64,000 bases of DNA from Acidimicrobiaceae bacterium (GTDB lineage Bacteria; Actinomycetota; Acidimicrobiia; Acidimicrobiales; Aldehydirespiratoraceae), in assembly GCA_009844405.1 (NCBI GenBank), contig VYBO01000043.1:4927-68926 (forward strand), in the 5' to 3' direction. The translations under genes were made by a program, and so were the position numbers. The stretch's first letter is position 1, and every line of letters starts with the position of its first letter. Positions 9,525 through 18,273 of the stretch are shown one piece after another. A model generated the notes under the pieces. That model had not been told where the DNA came from. It saw only the letters and a list, made by a program, of their open reading frames with translations, and did not search any database.

Positions 9525-11822
9525 TCACGCGGGCTCGACGGTGACAGTCACCTGGGGCTGCCCGTCGTCTGTGACGGTGCTGGCGGCGACGGAGATGCGG
9601 TGGCCGTGAATGGTCACTTCGGTGGCGTAGTAACACTCAATGGGCAGACCGTTGGGCCATGGACCTCTGATCGTTTCGTTGGCGAACTGTCCTACAGGCG
9701 CGTAGTGCTTGCCGATGAGGCCGGTGGGGCCGTAGACAGGGGTCAGCTGCTCAATTCTGGAGGACGACACGACAGCCACGGTGGGGCTCACCAGCAACTG
9801 CGGTCGGTGATGTGACATTAGATCCACGTCATAGACGATGATGTCGCCCACAGGCCGTGTGCTTCTTGTGGCAGCGTGCCCTGCGCCGTCATAATCGTCG
9901 GGAGCAGCGCATTGGTACGGGCTGTAGGGCAATTCGCCGATGAAACACTGGGGTACGCCGGGAGGGCCTCGCGCCGCGAAAGGATCCGCCTCGATGACCA
10001 CTGCGGTGGAGTCTGAGGTCGGGACGATGGCAATGGCAGGGTTTGGCGCAGCGGTCCCCCAATAGCTGCCGCCGGAGTCCTCCCAGTCGCGATCCCAGCA
10101 GCGTTGTTCGGTGCCGTATGGGCGCGCGTTGAGGGTCGTCAACTGGTGAGGGCGCACCACAACCGTCGTAGTCTCGTCGGGCGATACGCACACTGCCTCG
10201 GGGCCATCGAGCCATCCCAGCAGCCACTTGTTCCATCCGGTGAGGGGCTCATGAGGATACCGTGCAGACGGCTGGCTGAGAGTAACGCCGCCGCTACCGG
10301 GGCCGCCGTACGCGATCGACTCGGCACTGAGGCTGCCGAGGCCCCATCCGTAGCTTGACATGCCCATCATCGAGTCCTGGCCAGAATCTCGGTCAGGCGG
10401 TCCGCGGCCGTCGTCGCGTGTAGTCGGATAGAGATCCTCAAGGCCGAGATGGTGCAGCAACTCGTGAGCGGCCGTGCCCAACGCCCAACCAAATCGGGCG
10501 TGGGACCAGCTATAGGCGTCGATGTCTGCCCAGGCGTCGGCATCGAGGCCCACCCATTGCTGACCGGGGTAGGGGTTGTCATAGGGGTCATCTTCGGCTT
10601 CGATGCTGGTGACCGCCACCCCGCCGCGACCATAGAACCCGGCGTAGGGGAACTCTTGGGTGACGGTGTGCAGCGCGAGCAGCAACTCATCGTCGGGGAA
10701 CAAGGCGCGCACTTCACTGGAAACGCCGCTCAGAGTCTGTCGGCCCAAGCTGGCAGGCCGGGCGCGGCTGTGGGCCGATCCCGACAGAGTCACCTCGCCG
10801 CCGCGACGAAACACCCAGTCGGTGCGCCCGTGTGACAGCGCCTCTAGCTTGGTCTCGACCGCAGCGAGCAACTCATCGATAAAGCGCTGCTCCGGTTGGG
10901 CGCCCAGTTCGCGGATGTAGCGCTCTCCCGGAGCGGGCAGATCATCGAACGCGACGGTGACCGCGGTCACCTCCACCCGCTGCGGCGCGGCGCCAGGGTA
11001 TACGTAGCCGGAGAAGGTGCGCCTCAGGTTCTCGCATGGCGCGGCCCTAGCCCAGTCCTGCAGGCGCTGCTGGAAGCCGATCACCGAGAACGTGTCTCCC
11101 TCATCAAGCACCGTGCAGGGCACCACCGCCGTGCGGCTATTGTCGGTGAGGCTGTGAGCGAATGTCGCGGTGCATCCTTCGTCTGCGCGACCAGTGGACA
11201 ATACGCTCCAGGTTCCCCACGAGTACGCAGCGGCGCGTGCCAGGAACAGCGACATGTGCCAGCGCGACACCTCGGCGTCAGGCCGGTACGTACCGTCGGA
11301 ATAGCCCACAGTGACGCAAGCCGCGGCGAGCCGCCTGATCGCATACCTATAGTGGTGGTCTTCGGCGACATCGCCGAAAGCCCGAGGCTCGCCGAGAGGA
11401 TCGGGAAGGCCGACGGCCCGCACCAAGAACACCGCCATCTGGCCCCGCGTCACTGACCGGTCCGGACAGAATCTCGCATGCTCACGTGAGCAGCCATCGG
11501 TGATACCCAACGCAGCAAACGTCTCAATATGAGCTGCCCAGGGGTCTGTGACTTCAACGTCCTCGAACCGCCCAGCGTGGCCCGCCAACTCAGCTCGACC
11601 CGCGTCGATCAACACCTCCACGACCCAACCCGCCATCTCACGACGCGTGATCGGCTCCCTACAGCCCTCACCGGTGCAGCCATCAGCAATGGACAGCAGG
11701 TCAACTGTCGCCGCTGGCCGGTCGTCAGAGGCAGCCGCCGGCGCGGTAACTAGTAGCGCCACAGCCGAGCTCACAGCCGGCTGCTGACACCGAGGCTCAA
11801 CCCCAAAAGTCCACCACTCCAC
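9525..11822 (-). CDS. Secreted SLH-like-repeat protein with HExxH zinc metalloprotease domain (M6/immune-inhibitor-A-like)
   Basis: The N-terminus is signal-like. It has three repeats of the form F.DV....W.A.....A..GIT.GC....FCP...VTRGQMA.FL.RA. The motif HELLHHLGLEDLY resembles the M6 HExGHxxGLPDxY signature. Confidence 0.7.
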   Translation of the reverse strand: MEWWTFGVEPRCQQPAVSSAVALLVTAPAAASDDRPAATVDLLSIADGCTGEGCREPITRREMAGWVVEVLIDAGRAELAGHAGRFEDVEVTDPWAAHIETFAALGITDGCSREHARFCPDRSVTRGQMAVFLVRAVGLPDPLGEPRAFGDVAEDHHYRYAIRRLAAACVTVGYSDGTYRPDAEVSRWHMSLFLARAAAYSWGTWSVLSTGRADEGCTATFAHSLTDNSRTAVVPCTVLDEGDTFSVIGFQQRLQDWARAAPCENLRRTFSGYVYPGAAPQRVEVTAVTVAFDDLPAPGERYIRELGAQPEQRFIDELLAAVETKLEALSHGRTDWVFRRGGEVTLSGSAHSRARPASLGRQTLSGVSSEVRALFPDDELLLALHTVTQEFPYAGFYGRGGVAVTSIEAEDDPYDNPYPGQQWVGLDADAWADIDAYSWSHARFGWALGTAAHELLHHLGLEDLYPTTRDDGRGPPDRDSGQDSMMGMSSYGWGLGSLSAESIAYGGPGSGGVTLSQPSARYPHEPLTGWNKWLLGWLDGPEAVCVSPDETTTVVVRPHQLTTLNARPYGTEQRCWDRDWEDSGGSYWGTAAPNPAIAIVPTSDSTAVVIEADPFAARGPPGVPQCFIGELPYSPYQCAAPDDYDGAGHAATRSTRPVGDIIVYDVDLMSHHRPQLLVSPTVAVVSSSRIEQLTPVYGPTGLIGKHYAPVGQFANETIRGPWPNGLPIECYYATEVTIHGHRISVAASTVTDDGQPQVTVTVEPA

Positions 11823-12003
11823 GGGACGCTCCCAACCGCGACTCTAAAGGCAGTCAGCCATGGCTTGTCGAATCCGCTGATTAGCGCTACTTCAAAGGAT
11901 CTCGGCTGGTCAACTAGGGGTAAAATTTTGCGTTTACCTTATTGATTTGAGAATCAACTCAAACTATTGCGCATTTGCGCAGGGACAATCGAGCGCGACT
12001 GCT

Positions 12004-13037
12004 CTAGTCATCTGCGTCGTGCTTCATCACGTAGTAGGCAGACCGCTTCACTCCGTGCATCTCGAGCCTGCCTTCGTCTCGCAGGCGGCGCAGCAGGCGA
12101 CTAGCCCTCTCGGAGTCAATCCGACACAACTCGGTGGCCTCCCGTCGAGTGATCGATCCATTCCGGTCTACGAAGGTGAGAACCATCTGTTCCTGTTGGA
12201 TGTCATCGAAGCCACGGGCACGCACGTACTGGGACGGATCACCGAGACGCTCATATAGAGAGGCGGCTAGGTGGTAGGTCCTCCCCTTGCCGTCACCTCG
12301 GGCCTCAAGCAGCGAACGGTCGACCAGGCTATTCAGTGAGGCCCGTGCGTCGTGTTGGTCGACTTGGAACAGCTCGGCAGCACGAGCGGACGTAATGCGA
12401 AGCTCAAGACGGATCTCGTGCAAGGTCAGGAGGTCCTGGAGAGAGAACTCTTGACCGCCACGTCGCGCTTCCACGATGAAGCTGGCCAGTTCCCGGTCAG
12501 CCGGTCCTGACCTGACCCTCGCAATCACCGTTCCTGCGGTGCTTTGGCTGTAGTCAGGCGCAGGTCTACCAAGTGCCAGCTGACTGGCAAAGGCTCGATT
12601 GATGCCCCTGCCGGTGCGCTCCACTAGTCCCGCCCGCTTGAAAGCGTCAGCCAATGCCGGATTGCGCGCGCGAGGTGGCGTGATGAGCAGGTTGCGAGTG
12701 GTGATGCCCTCAGGCAACCCACCAGGATTGGACACGACGAGGGCGTCACGCGTGACCTCTACGATCGTTGGTCCCGGGAGTGTGAAGTCACGGCTGGCTC
12801 GGTCTTGTTGACGATCAGCGATTGCAGTCGATTCGGATGTGTCTCGCTGCCATGGCGCGGTTCGGCGCCGACCACGTTGCCTTCATCGTCGACGCCAACT
12901 AGAAGAACCCCACCGCTGCCGTTGGAGAGGCAAGCTACAGCTTCTACGAGGTCGGAATCGTTGATGGATCCGCCTTTGAACTCCGCGGTGAGCGTTTCTC
13001 CCCGAATCAGGAGGTCTCGCAAGTGGTCCGAATCCAT
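12004..13037 (-). pseudogene. Remnant of AlbA_2 / HATPase_c_4 / wHTH putative DNA-binding ATPase (RecG-like annotation family), internal deletion plus frameshift
   Basis: ORF 12759..13037 encodes an AlbA_2-like N-terminus (GETLTAEFKG...GGVLLVGVDDEGNVVG). ORF 12004..12735, in a different frame, starts at the very end of a HATPase_c_4-like domain (VSNPGGLPEGIT...RNPALADAFKRAGLVERTGRGI) followed by a wHTH. About 150-200 aa expected between the two pieces are absent. The region has locally lower GC. Confidence 0.65.
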
Positions 13038-13179
13038 ACTCCTGCTTTAATATGGTCTTTTACGTTTACCTACATCTTTGCGTATTCGCTCAAATCTATA
13101 CGTGTTTGGGTATGACAAGTTCGCTGGCGGTCATGCGCTGGTACACCATGCCTTCGGCGAATCGAGCAACGCGGGCGGG

Positions 13180-13288
13180 CCGCCTAGATCGTTGAGCTAG
13201 GCCGCGCGGTTCATCTCCGACCTCGCCGACAGCGGTGACCCGAGTCGGCACCCGCCTAGATCGTTGAGCTAGGCCGCGCGGTTCATCT
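13180..13288. repeat. Perfect 37-bp direct duplication (13180-13216, 13252-13288) separated by a 35-bp unrelated filler; 72-bp unit
   Basis: ccgcctagatcgttgagctaggccgcgcggttcatct occurs twice, read directly from the sequence. The second copy touches the stop codon of the 13287..13754 gene. Confidence 0.95.
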
Positions 13289-13754
13289 ACGCCAAGACCG
13301 GGCAGGCGGTGAGCTTGTAGGTGTTGAGGCGCTTGCGCAGGGTGTAGAGCAGCAGGGCCACCGCCAGCAGGCCCACGGAGGGCTGCACCGGCGCCCACCA
13401 CGACAGCGCTCCGCCCACACCGACCAGGGCGACCACCGCTTGGTTGCACACCGGGCAGCCCACGGCCAGGAACGACACGAACCCGCCCCAGATGGTGCGG
13501 GTGCCCTGGCGCTCGGCGGCCTCGGCCAACCCGCTGGACTCGGCCGGCTCGGGACGGATGGCGAAGATCAGCCCGATCAGGGCCGAAGTGACCGCCAGGA
13601 TCACATAGTCGATCCATCGCACGGGCACCGGCCGGCCGAAGATCGGGGTGTCGATCAGGTCGGACGGCACCGCGATCAGCACCGCCGCGACGGCCCCGAA
13701 CAGCACCGCCCGCGGCCACGTGGCTCGGGGCAGAGCCAGCAGATCCTTGATCAT
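13287..13754 (-). CDS. Integral membrane protein with CPVC motif, function unknown
   Basis: 155 aa with about 4 predicted hydrophobic helices and a GCPVCN motif in a helix. No family is confidently recognised. Confidence 0.6.
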   Translation of the reverse strand: MIKDLLALPRATWPRAVLFGAVAAVLIAVPSDLIDTPIFGRPVPVRWIDYVILAVTSALIGLIFAIRPEPAESSGLAEAAERQGTRTIWGGFVSFLAVGCPVCNQAVVALVGVGGALSWWAPVQPSVGLLAVALLLYTLRKRLNTYKLTACPVLA

Positions 13755-13760
13755 CTTTAG

Positions 13761-14177
13761 TCAGGTGACCTTGTCGATGACCCGGAAGGCGTAGTCGCGC
13801 TGCTCGGCGCCGAGGGTGGCCCTCACCCGGTAGCCGCCGGGCTTGGGGAACTGGACGATGCCGGTGACCACCAGCGGCGAGCGGCTGTCGGAGCCGGGAA
13901 CCTTGCCGGGCGGGCGACCGACCTCGATGTTGGCCTTGGCCTCCATCAGCTTGTGGTGGCCGTCCTCGTCCTCGACCCGGATCATCACCTCGTGGCGCTG
14001 GTTGTGCTCCAACCACGGGACCCGCACCGACAGCGCGATGGAGAAGTGCTGCGGCCGGGGCTTCTTGCCCTCCTTGTAGGCCCGGGTGACGGTGTCCCAT
14101 CCCGCGCCCATCAGGTACAGAAGTCCGTTCTGCACCTCGGCATGGTTGGCCAGGGTCAGCAACTCGATCTGGGCCAC
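13761..14177 (-). CDS. Hypothetical protein (beta-rich, ~138 aa)
   Basis: Clean ORF with a plausible ATG, located 6 nt upstream of the membrane protein gene. No recognisable motif. Confidence 0.5.
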   Translation of the reverse strand: MAQIELLTLANHAEVQNGLLYLMGAGWDTVTRAYKEGKKPRPQHFSIALSVRVPWLEHNQRHEVMIRVEDEDGHHKLMEAKANIEVGRPPGKVPGSDSRSPLVVTGIVQFPKPGGYRVRATLGAEQRDYAFRVIDKVT

Positions 14178-14231
14178 ACGCGGCAGTCTAAGAGTGAACG
14201 CCGGCGGGCGAGAGCCGGTCGGTTCGCCGCG

Positions 14232-15779
14232 CTACTCGCTCCCGGCCGGGGCGAGGCCCAGGCGCTCGGCCAGGCCGATGCGCTGGAGCTTGCCGGTGGG
14301 GCCCTTGGGCAGCTCGTCGAGCACCAGGATCCGGCGGGGAACCTTGAACGCGGCCAGCGACTGCGACAGGAACCGGCGAAGCTCCCGCTCGTCGACGGAA
14401 CTCCCGGAGACGGCCGCGACCGCCGCGGCCACCTCCTCGCCCAGCTTGGGGTGGGGCACGGCGAAGGTGACCGCCTGGGCCACCGACGGGTGGCCCAGCA
14501 GGGCCTCGTCCACCTCCAGCGGGGAGACCTTCTCGCCGCCGCGGTTGATCTGCTCCTTGAGGCGGCCGGTGAGGAACAGGTAGCCGTCGTCGTCGACGTA
14601 GCCCTCGTCGCCGGTGCGGAACCAGCCGTCGGTGAAAGCGGCCGCGTTGGCCTCGGGGTTGTTCTCGTAGCCGTCGATCACGGTCGGGCCCTTGATCGAC
14701 ACCTCTCCCCGTTCGCCGGGTGGCAGGGGCCGGTTCCGGCCGTCGAGCACGGCCAGCTCGATGCCGGCGGGGACCCCGACCGACCGGGGCTTGGCCACCG
14801 CCGGGGGCAGAGGGTTGGCGCACATCTGGTGAGTGGCCTCGGTCATGCCGTAGGCCTCGATCACGGGCGCGCCGAACAGCTCGCCCAGCTCGTGCAGCAC
14901 CGGGGCCGGAAGAGACGCGGAGGAAGACCTCACGAAGCGCAGGCCGGCGGAGCGGGCCGTGTCGCGGTGGCGGTCGGCGCGGGAGAGCACCATCTGATGC
15001 ATGGTCGGGACCGCGGTGTAGTAGCTGGGCTCCAGGGCTTCGAGCTGAGCGAAGAACCTGAAGGCGTCGAAGCCCTCGGTGCAGGCGACCGCGCCCCCCG
15101 CCGACAGCGGCGCCAGCAGCCCGGCCAGCAGCCCGTGGATATGGAACAGCGGCATCACCTGCAGCGACCGGTCTCCGGGAGTCAGGGCGAGCGACACGGC
15201 GATGCCCGCCGCCGAGCGGGCCAGGTGCCGTTGGCGCAGCGGGACGATCTTGGGCCGCGACGTGGTGCCGGAGGTGTGCAGGACCAGGGCCACGTCGTCG
15301 GCGACAGGATCGCCCGGAGCGGGCGCGCCGCCCTCCCCGGACCCGGCGACCAGATCGAGCGCACCGGCACTGCCGTCGACCGAGCCGGCCAGCGACACCG
15401 GCAGCACGGCGGCGCCCGCCTCGCGGGCCGCGGCCCGGGCGACGGCCCCGGAGTCGTCGGGCAGGGTGACCAGGGCCTTGGCGCCGAGGTCGTCGAAATA
15501 GAAGCGCAGTTCGTCGGTGCGGTACTTCGGGTTGAGCGGCGCGGCGCATCCGGTGCAGGCCGCGGCCAGGAAGGCGAGAGCCATCTCAGGCCCGTTGGGA
15601 ACGACGATGGCGATGCGGTCGGCCGGGCCCAGGCCGAGGCCTCGGAGCCGGCCCGCGAGCCGGTCCACCTCGGACCGCAGCTCGGCGTGGGTGAGCACCG
15701 ACCCGTCGGGCGAAACGATCGCCGGCGCGCCGTCGGCCCCGGTACCGAGCAGGCCTCGCAGCGTTTCGCCTGCCGTCAC
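14232..15779 (-). CDS. AMP-dependent acyl-CoA synthetase/ligase
   Basis: AMP-binding signature LVLHTSGTTSRPK, and later GWFRTGDEGYVDDDGYLFLTGRLKEQINRGGEKVSP. The GTG at 15779 overlaps the panE stop (GTGA). The track ORF 14232..16550 is over-extended. Confidence 0.85.
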   Translation of the reverse strand: MTAGETLRGLLGTGADGAPAIVSPDGSVLTHAELRSEVDRLAGRLRGLGLGPADRIAIVVPNGPEMALAFLAAACTGCAAPLNPKYRTDELRFYFDDLGAKALVTLPDDSGAVARAAAREAGAAVLPVSLAGSVDGSAGALDLVAGSGEGGAPAPGDPVADDVALVLHTSGTTSRPKIVPLRQRHLARSAAGIAVSLALTPGDRSLQVMPLFHIHGLLAGLLAPLSAGGAVACTEGFDAFRFFAQLEALEPSYYTAVPTMHQMVLSRADRHRDTARSAGLRFVRSSSASLPAPVLHELGELFGAPVIEAYGMTEATHQMCANPLPPAVAKPRSVGVPAGIELAVLDGRNRPLPPGERGEVSIKGPTVIDGYENNPEANAAAFTDGWFRTGDEGYVDDDGYLFLTGRLKEQINRGGEKVSPLEVDEALLGHPSVAQAVTFAVPHPKLGEEVAAAVAAVSGSSVDERELRRFLSQSLAAFKVPRRILVLDELPKGPTGKLQRIGLAERLGLAPAGSE

Positions 15780-16825
15780 CGGCCCGCCTCGGGTCTCCCG
15801 CTCTTGTTCGCTGCGCTCACGGGCCGCTCGGGCCACGGCCTCGCAAGCTCGGCCTCTAGGCGGCGGTTGAGCAGGGAGGCCAGCCCGTAGACGGTGCTGA
15901 TGGCCGGGGTGGGCACGCCGGTGATCCCGCCGAGTTCGACGAACACGCCGACCAGCGGGTCGAGCTCCAGCGGCCGGCCGGCCTCGGAGTCCTGGAGCAT
16001 CGAAGTCTTGTGCTCGCCGACCGCCTCGGCCCCCGCGATGCGCTGCTCGACGCTGACCCGGATGCGCACGCCGAGCGCCTCGGCGATCCTGCCGGCCTCG
16101 GTCATCATCTGCGCGGCCAGTTCCCGGGTGGCCGGCGTGCGGCAGATGCCGGCCAGCGTCGCCCCGGTGAGTGCGCTGATCGGGTTGAAGGCCAGGTTGC
16201 CCCAGGCCTTGACCCAAAGGTGCGAGCGGATGTCGGTGAGCACCCTCGACTTGAACCCGGCCGAGGTCAGGGCCCCGGCCAGCGCCTTGACCCTCTCCGA
16301 CTTGGTGCCGTCGAGCTCGCCCACCGGGAAGCGGTCGCCCTCGACATGGGTGACCACCCCGGGTGCGGTCTTCGCCGCGGCCGGGTAGGCGATGCAGGCC
16401 ACGATCCGCTCCGCGTCGATGGCTGCCGCGAGCACGCCGTCGGGATCCAGCGCCTCGAGCCGTCGACCGGCGTGGGGACCGCCGTGGCGCTGGAAGTACC
16501 ACCATCCGATGCCGTTCTGCACCGGCACGATCATGGTGCCGTCGTCGCACAGCCGTGCGAGCTCATGGGCCACAGCCGCGATCTGGTGGGCCTTGAGAGC
16601 GAGGATCACCGCGTCGTGGGTGCCGAGCGCCCCGAAGTCGTCGGATGCGTCCAGATCGGAGGCGACGGTCTCGGTGCCGTCAAGCTCAACCAGCCGCAAG
16701 CCATCGCGCCTGATGGCGTACAGGTGCTCGCCTCGTGCAATGACGCTCACGTCATGTCCGGCCACAGCCAGGCGGGCGGCCATCATCCCCCCGATCGCGC
16801 CCGCGCCAACGACACAAGTCCTCAC
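15776..16825 (-). CDS. panE: 2-dehydropantoate 2-reductase (ketopantoate reductase)
   Basis: N-terminal Rossmann VRTCVVGAGAIGG and the ApbA/PanE C-terminal domain are present. GTG at 16825. The last ~25 codons are encoded by the dispersed element. Confidence 0.8.
   Translation of the reverse strand: MRTCVVGAGAIGGMMAARLAVAGHDVSVIARGEHLYAIRRDGLRLVELDGTETVASDLDASDDFGALGTHDAVILALKAHQIAAVAHELARLCDDGTMIVPVQNGIGWWYFQRHGGPHAGRRLEALDPDGVLAAAIDAERIVACIAYPAAAKTAPGVVTHVEGDRFPVGELDGTKSERVKALAGALTSAGFKSRVLTDIRSHLWVKAWGNLAFNPISALTGATLAGICRTPATRELAAQMMTEAGRIAEALGVRIRVSVEQRIAGAEAVGEHKTSMLQDSEAGRPLELDPLVGVFVELGGITGVPTPAISTVYGLASLLNRRLEAELARPWPERPVSAANKSGRPEAGR
15794..15859 (-). repeat. MIRU/REP-like dispersed element, short form (copy 1)
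   Basis: The reverse complement reads ctagaggccgagcttgcgaggccgtggcccgagcggcccgtgagcgcagcgaacaagagcgggagac. The core is nearly identical to the copies at 24436, 24482 and 26578. Confidence 0.9.
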
Positions 16826-17024
16826 CGCGACAGTGTGCCAGCGGATTCGGGTCGTACGGTATACCGCCTCAGCGCGGCGGTGCCGAGACCCTGGGGGGAG
16901 GCCTCGGCACCGATTGGGGGCTGGAGAACCCAAGGATCGCACCCTCAAGTAAGAACTGCGCGAGAACGGTCTCAGCCGACGGCCGACCGCGTGACCTGTC
17001 GGGAGCGCCCCCAGACATGAGCTG

Positions 17025-17880
17025 CTAGACGCGGTTGAGTGCCCGCCAGACCCGCTCGGGAGTGAAAGGGATCTCGAACAGGCGAACGCCAGTGGCATTG
17101 ACGATCGCCGATCGAACTGCGGGGGCGATGCTGTCCACGCCGATCTCCGCCACCGCCTTCGCTCCATAGGGTCCGCTGTCCTCCATGGTCTGAACCAGGA
17201 TCACTTCGATCTCGGGCATGTCGTCAGCCCGGTAGATGCGGTACGGCCCGAACGCGGGGTTGATGCAGCGGCCATTGCCGTCGTAGACCATCTCCTCGCA
17301 GATGGCGTATCCGAGCGCTTGCATCATGGCGCCCTCACGCTGACCCGAGGCGGGTCGAGGGGGATGACCGCCTCGGGGCCGGCCTCCCCCCTTGCATCAT
17401 GGCGCCCTCACGCTGACCCGAGGCGGTGATGGGATTGATGGCAACGCCGCAGTCGATGGCCATCACCAGCTTCTTGGCGGTGACCTGCCCGGTCTCCACA
17501 TCGACCTCGATCTCGGCGAACTGTGCCGCCCAGGGCGGCGGAGACTCCGGCGACACGTAGGAGGCCTGGCCCATGATCTGGTGCTGCTCGTCCTGGTGAA
17601 GCGAGTTGAGGGCGACCTCCTCCAGCGACACCGACTCCCCGGACGGCGCCCAGGCACGCCGGTCGCGCAACTCGATGGTGCAGGGCACTTCGACGCCGAG
17701 CATCTTCGCGGCCCGCTCCTTGATCTGCCACCAAACTGCTTCGGCCGCCTTCTTGGTGGCGGTGCCCGAGATGTACGTCGTGCTCGAGGCGTAGGCGCCG
17801 GTATCGAAGGGCGTCACGTCGGTGTCGGACGAGTAGATCAAAATGTCCTCATCAGGGAACTGGTGAACATGCGCCAGAAA
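17025..17880 (-). pseudogene. Xanthine dehydrogenase/aldehyde oxidase family molybdopterin-binding subunit, C-terminal fragment only, frameshifted by a 73-bp insertion
   Basis: ORFs 17335..17841 and 17025..17327 together encode ...DTDVTPFDTGAYASS...AIDCGVAINPITASGQREGAMMQ|ALGYAICEEMVYD...YGAKAVAEIG. This is the last ~280 aa of a CoxL/XdhB-like protein. The N-terminal ~450 aa are absent. Confidence 0.75.
17318..17426. repeat. Perfect 36-bp direct duplication (17318-17353, 17391-17426) separated by a 37-bp filler; 73-bp unit
   Basis: cttgcatcatggcgccctcacgctgacccgaggcgg occurs twice. The filler is gtcgagggggatgaccgcctcggggccggcctccccc. Removing one copy plus the filler restores the xdh reading frame. 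Confidence 0.95.
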
Positions 17881-17892
17881 GGGAGGAGCCGC

Positions 17893-18249
17893 GTGGGCAC
17901 ATTCAACCGGCCGATCCGGCTCGACAGCATGGACGGTAAGCGGTCCTTGCGACTCGACGCGTTGGTGGACACCGGCAGCTTCTACACGATCGTGCCCGCC
18001 AGCATGCTGACGAGACTGGAGGTCGCTCGGACCGACGAAGCCTGGCTCGAACTAGCCGACGGGCGGCAGGTCCCCTACGACATGGGAGAGGCTCGAGCCA
18101 CGGTGGACGGGCGCAGCACCGCTACCTGGGTGGTCTTCGGCGAGGATGGCGTTCGTCCCTTGCTCGGGGCGTACACGCTCGAGGGACTCCGCCTGTCGGT
18201 CGATCCAGTCGAAGAGACTCTCGTGCCCATACCCTACGTACGGGCGTAA
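17893..18249 (+). CDS. Retropepsin-like (clan AA) aspartyl protease family protein
   Basis: 118 aa with LVDTGSFYTIVP (DTGS active-site motif). GTG at 17893 is preceded by GGGAGGA at 17881-17887. It lies in frame inside track ORF 17392..18249. Confidence 0.7.
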   Translation: MGTFNRPIRLDSMDGKRSLRLDALVDTGSFYTIVPASMLTRLEVARTDEAWLELADGRQVPYDMGEARATVDGRSTATWVVFGEDGVRPLLGAYTLEGLRLSVDPVEETLVPIPYVRA

Positions 18250-18273
18250 CGCCCGCTGTCACTGATCGCCACT

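Noticed and set aside
13096-14100. 334-aa ORF with an internal repeated peptide DEPRGLAQRSRR.
   Set aside because: The repeated peptide is just the translation of the 37-bp duplication. The ORF overlaps two better-supported genes in another frame.
13953-15890. 645-aa plus-strand ORF and a 453-aa minus-strand ORF across the acyl-CoA synthetase locus.
   Set aside because: They are out of frame or antisense to a gene with AMP-binding signatures, and their composition is an artefact of high GC.
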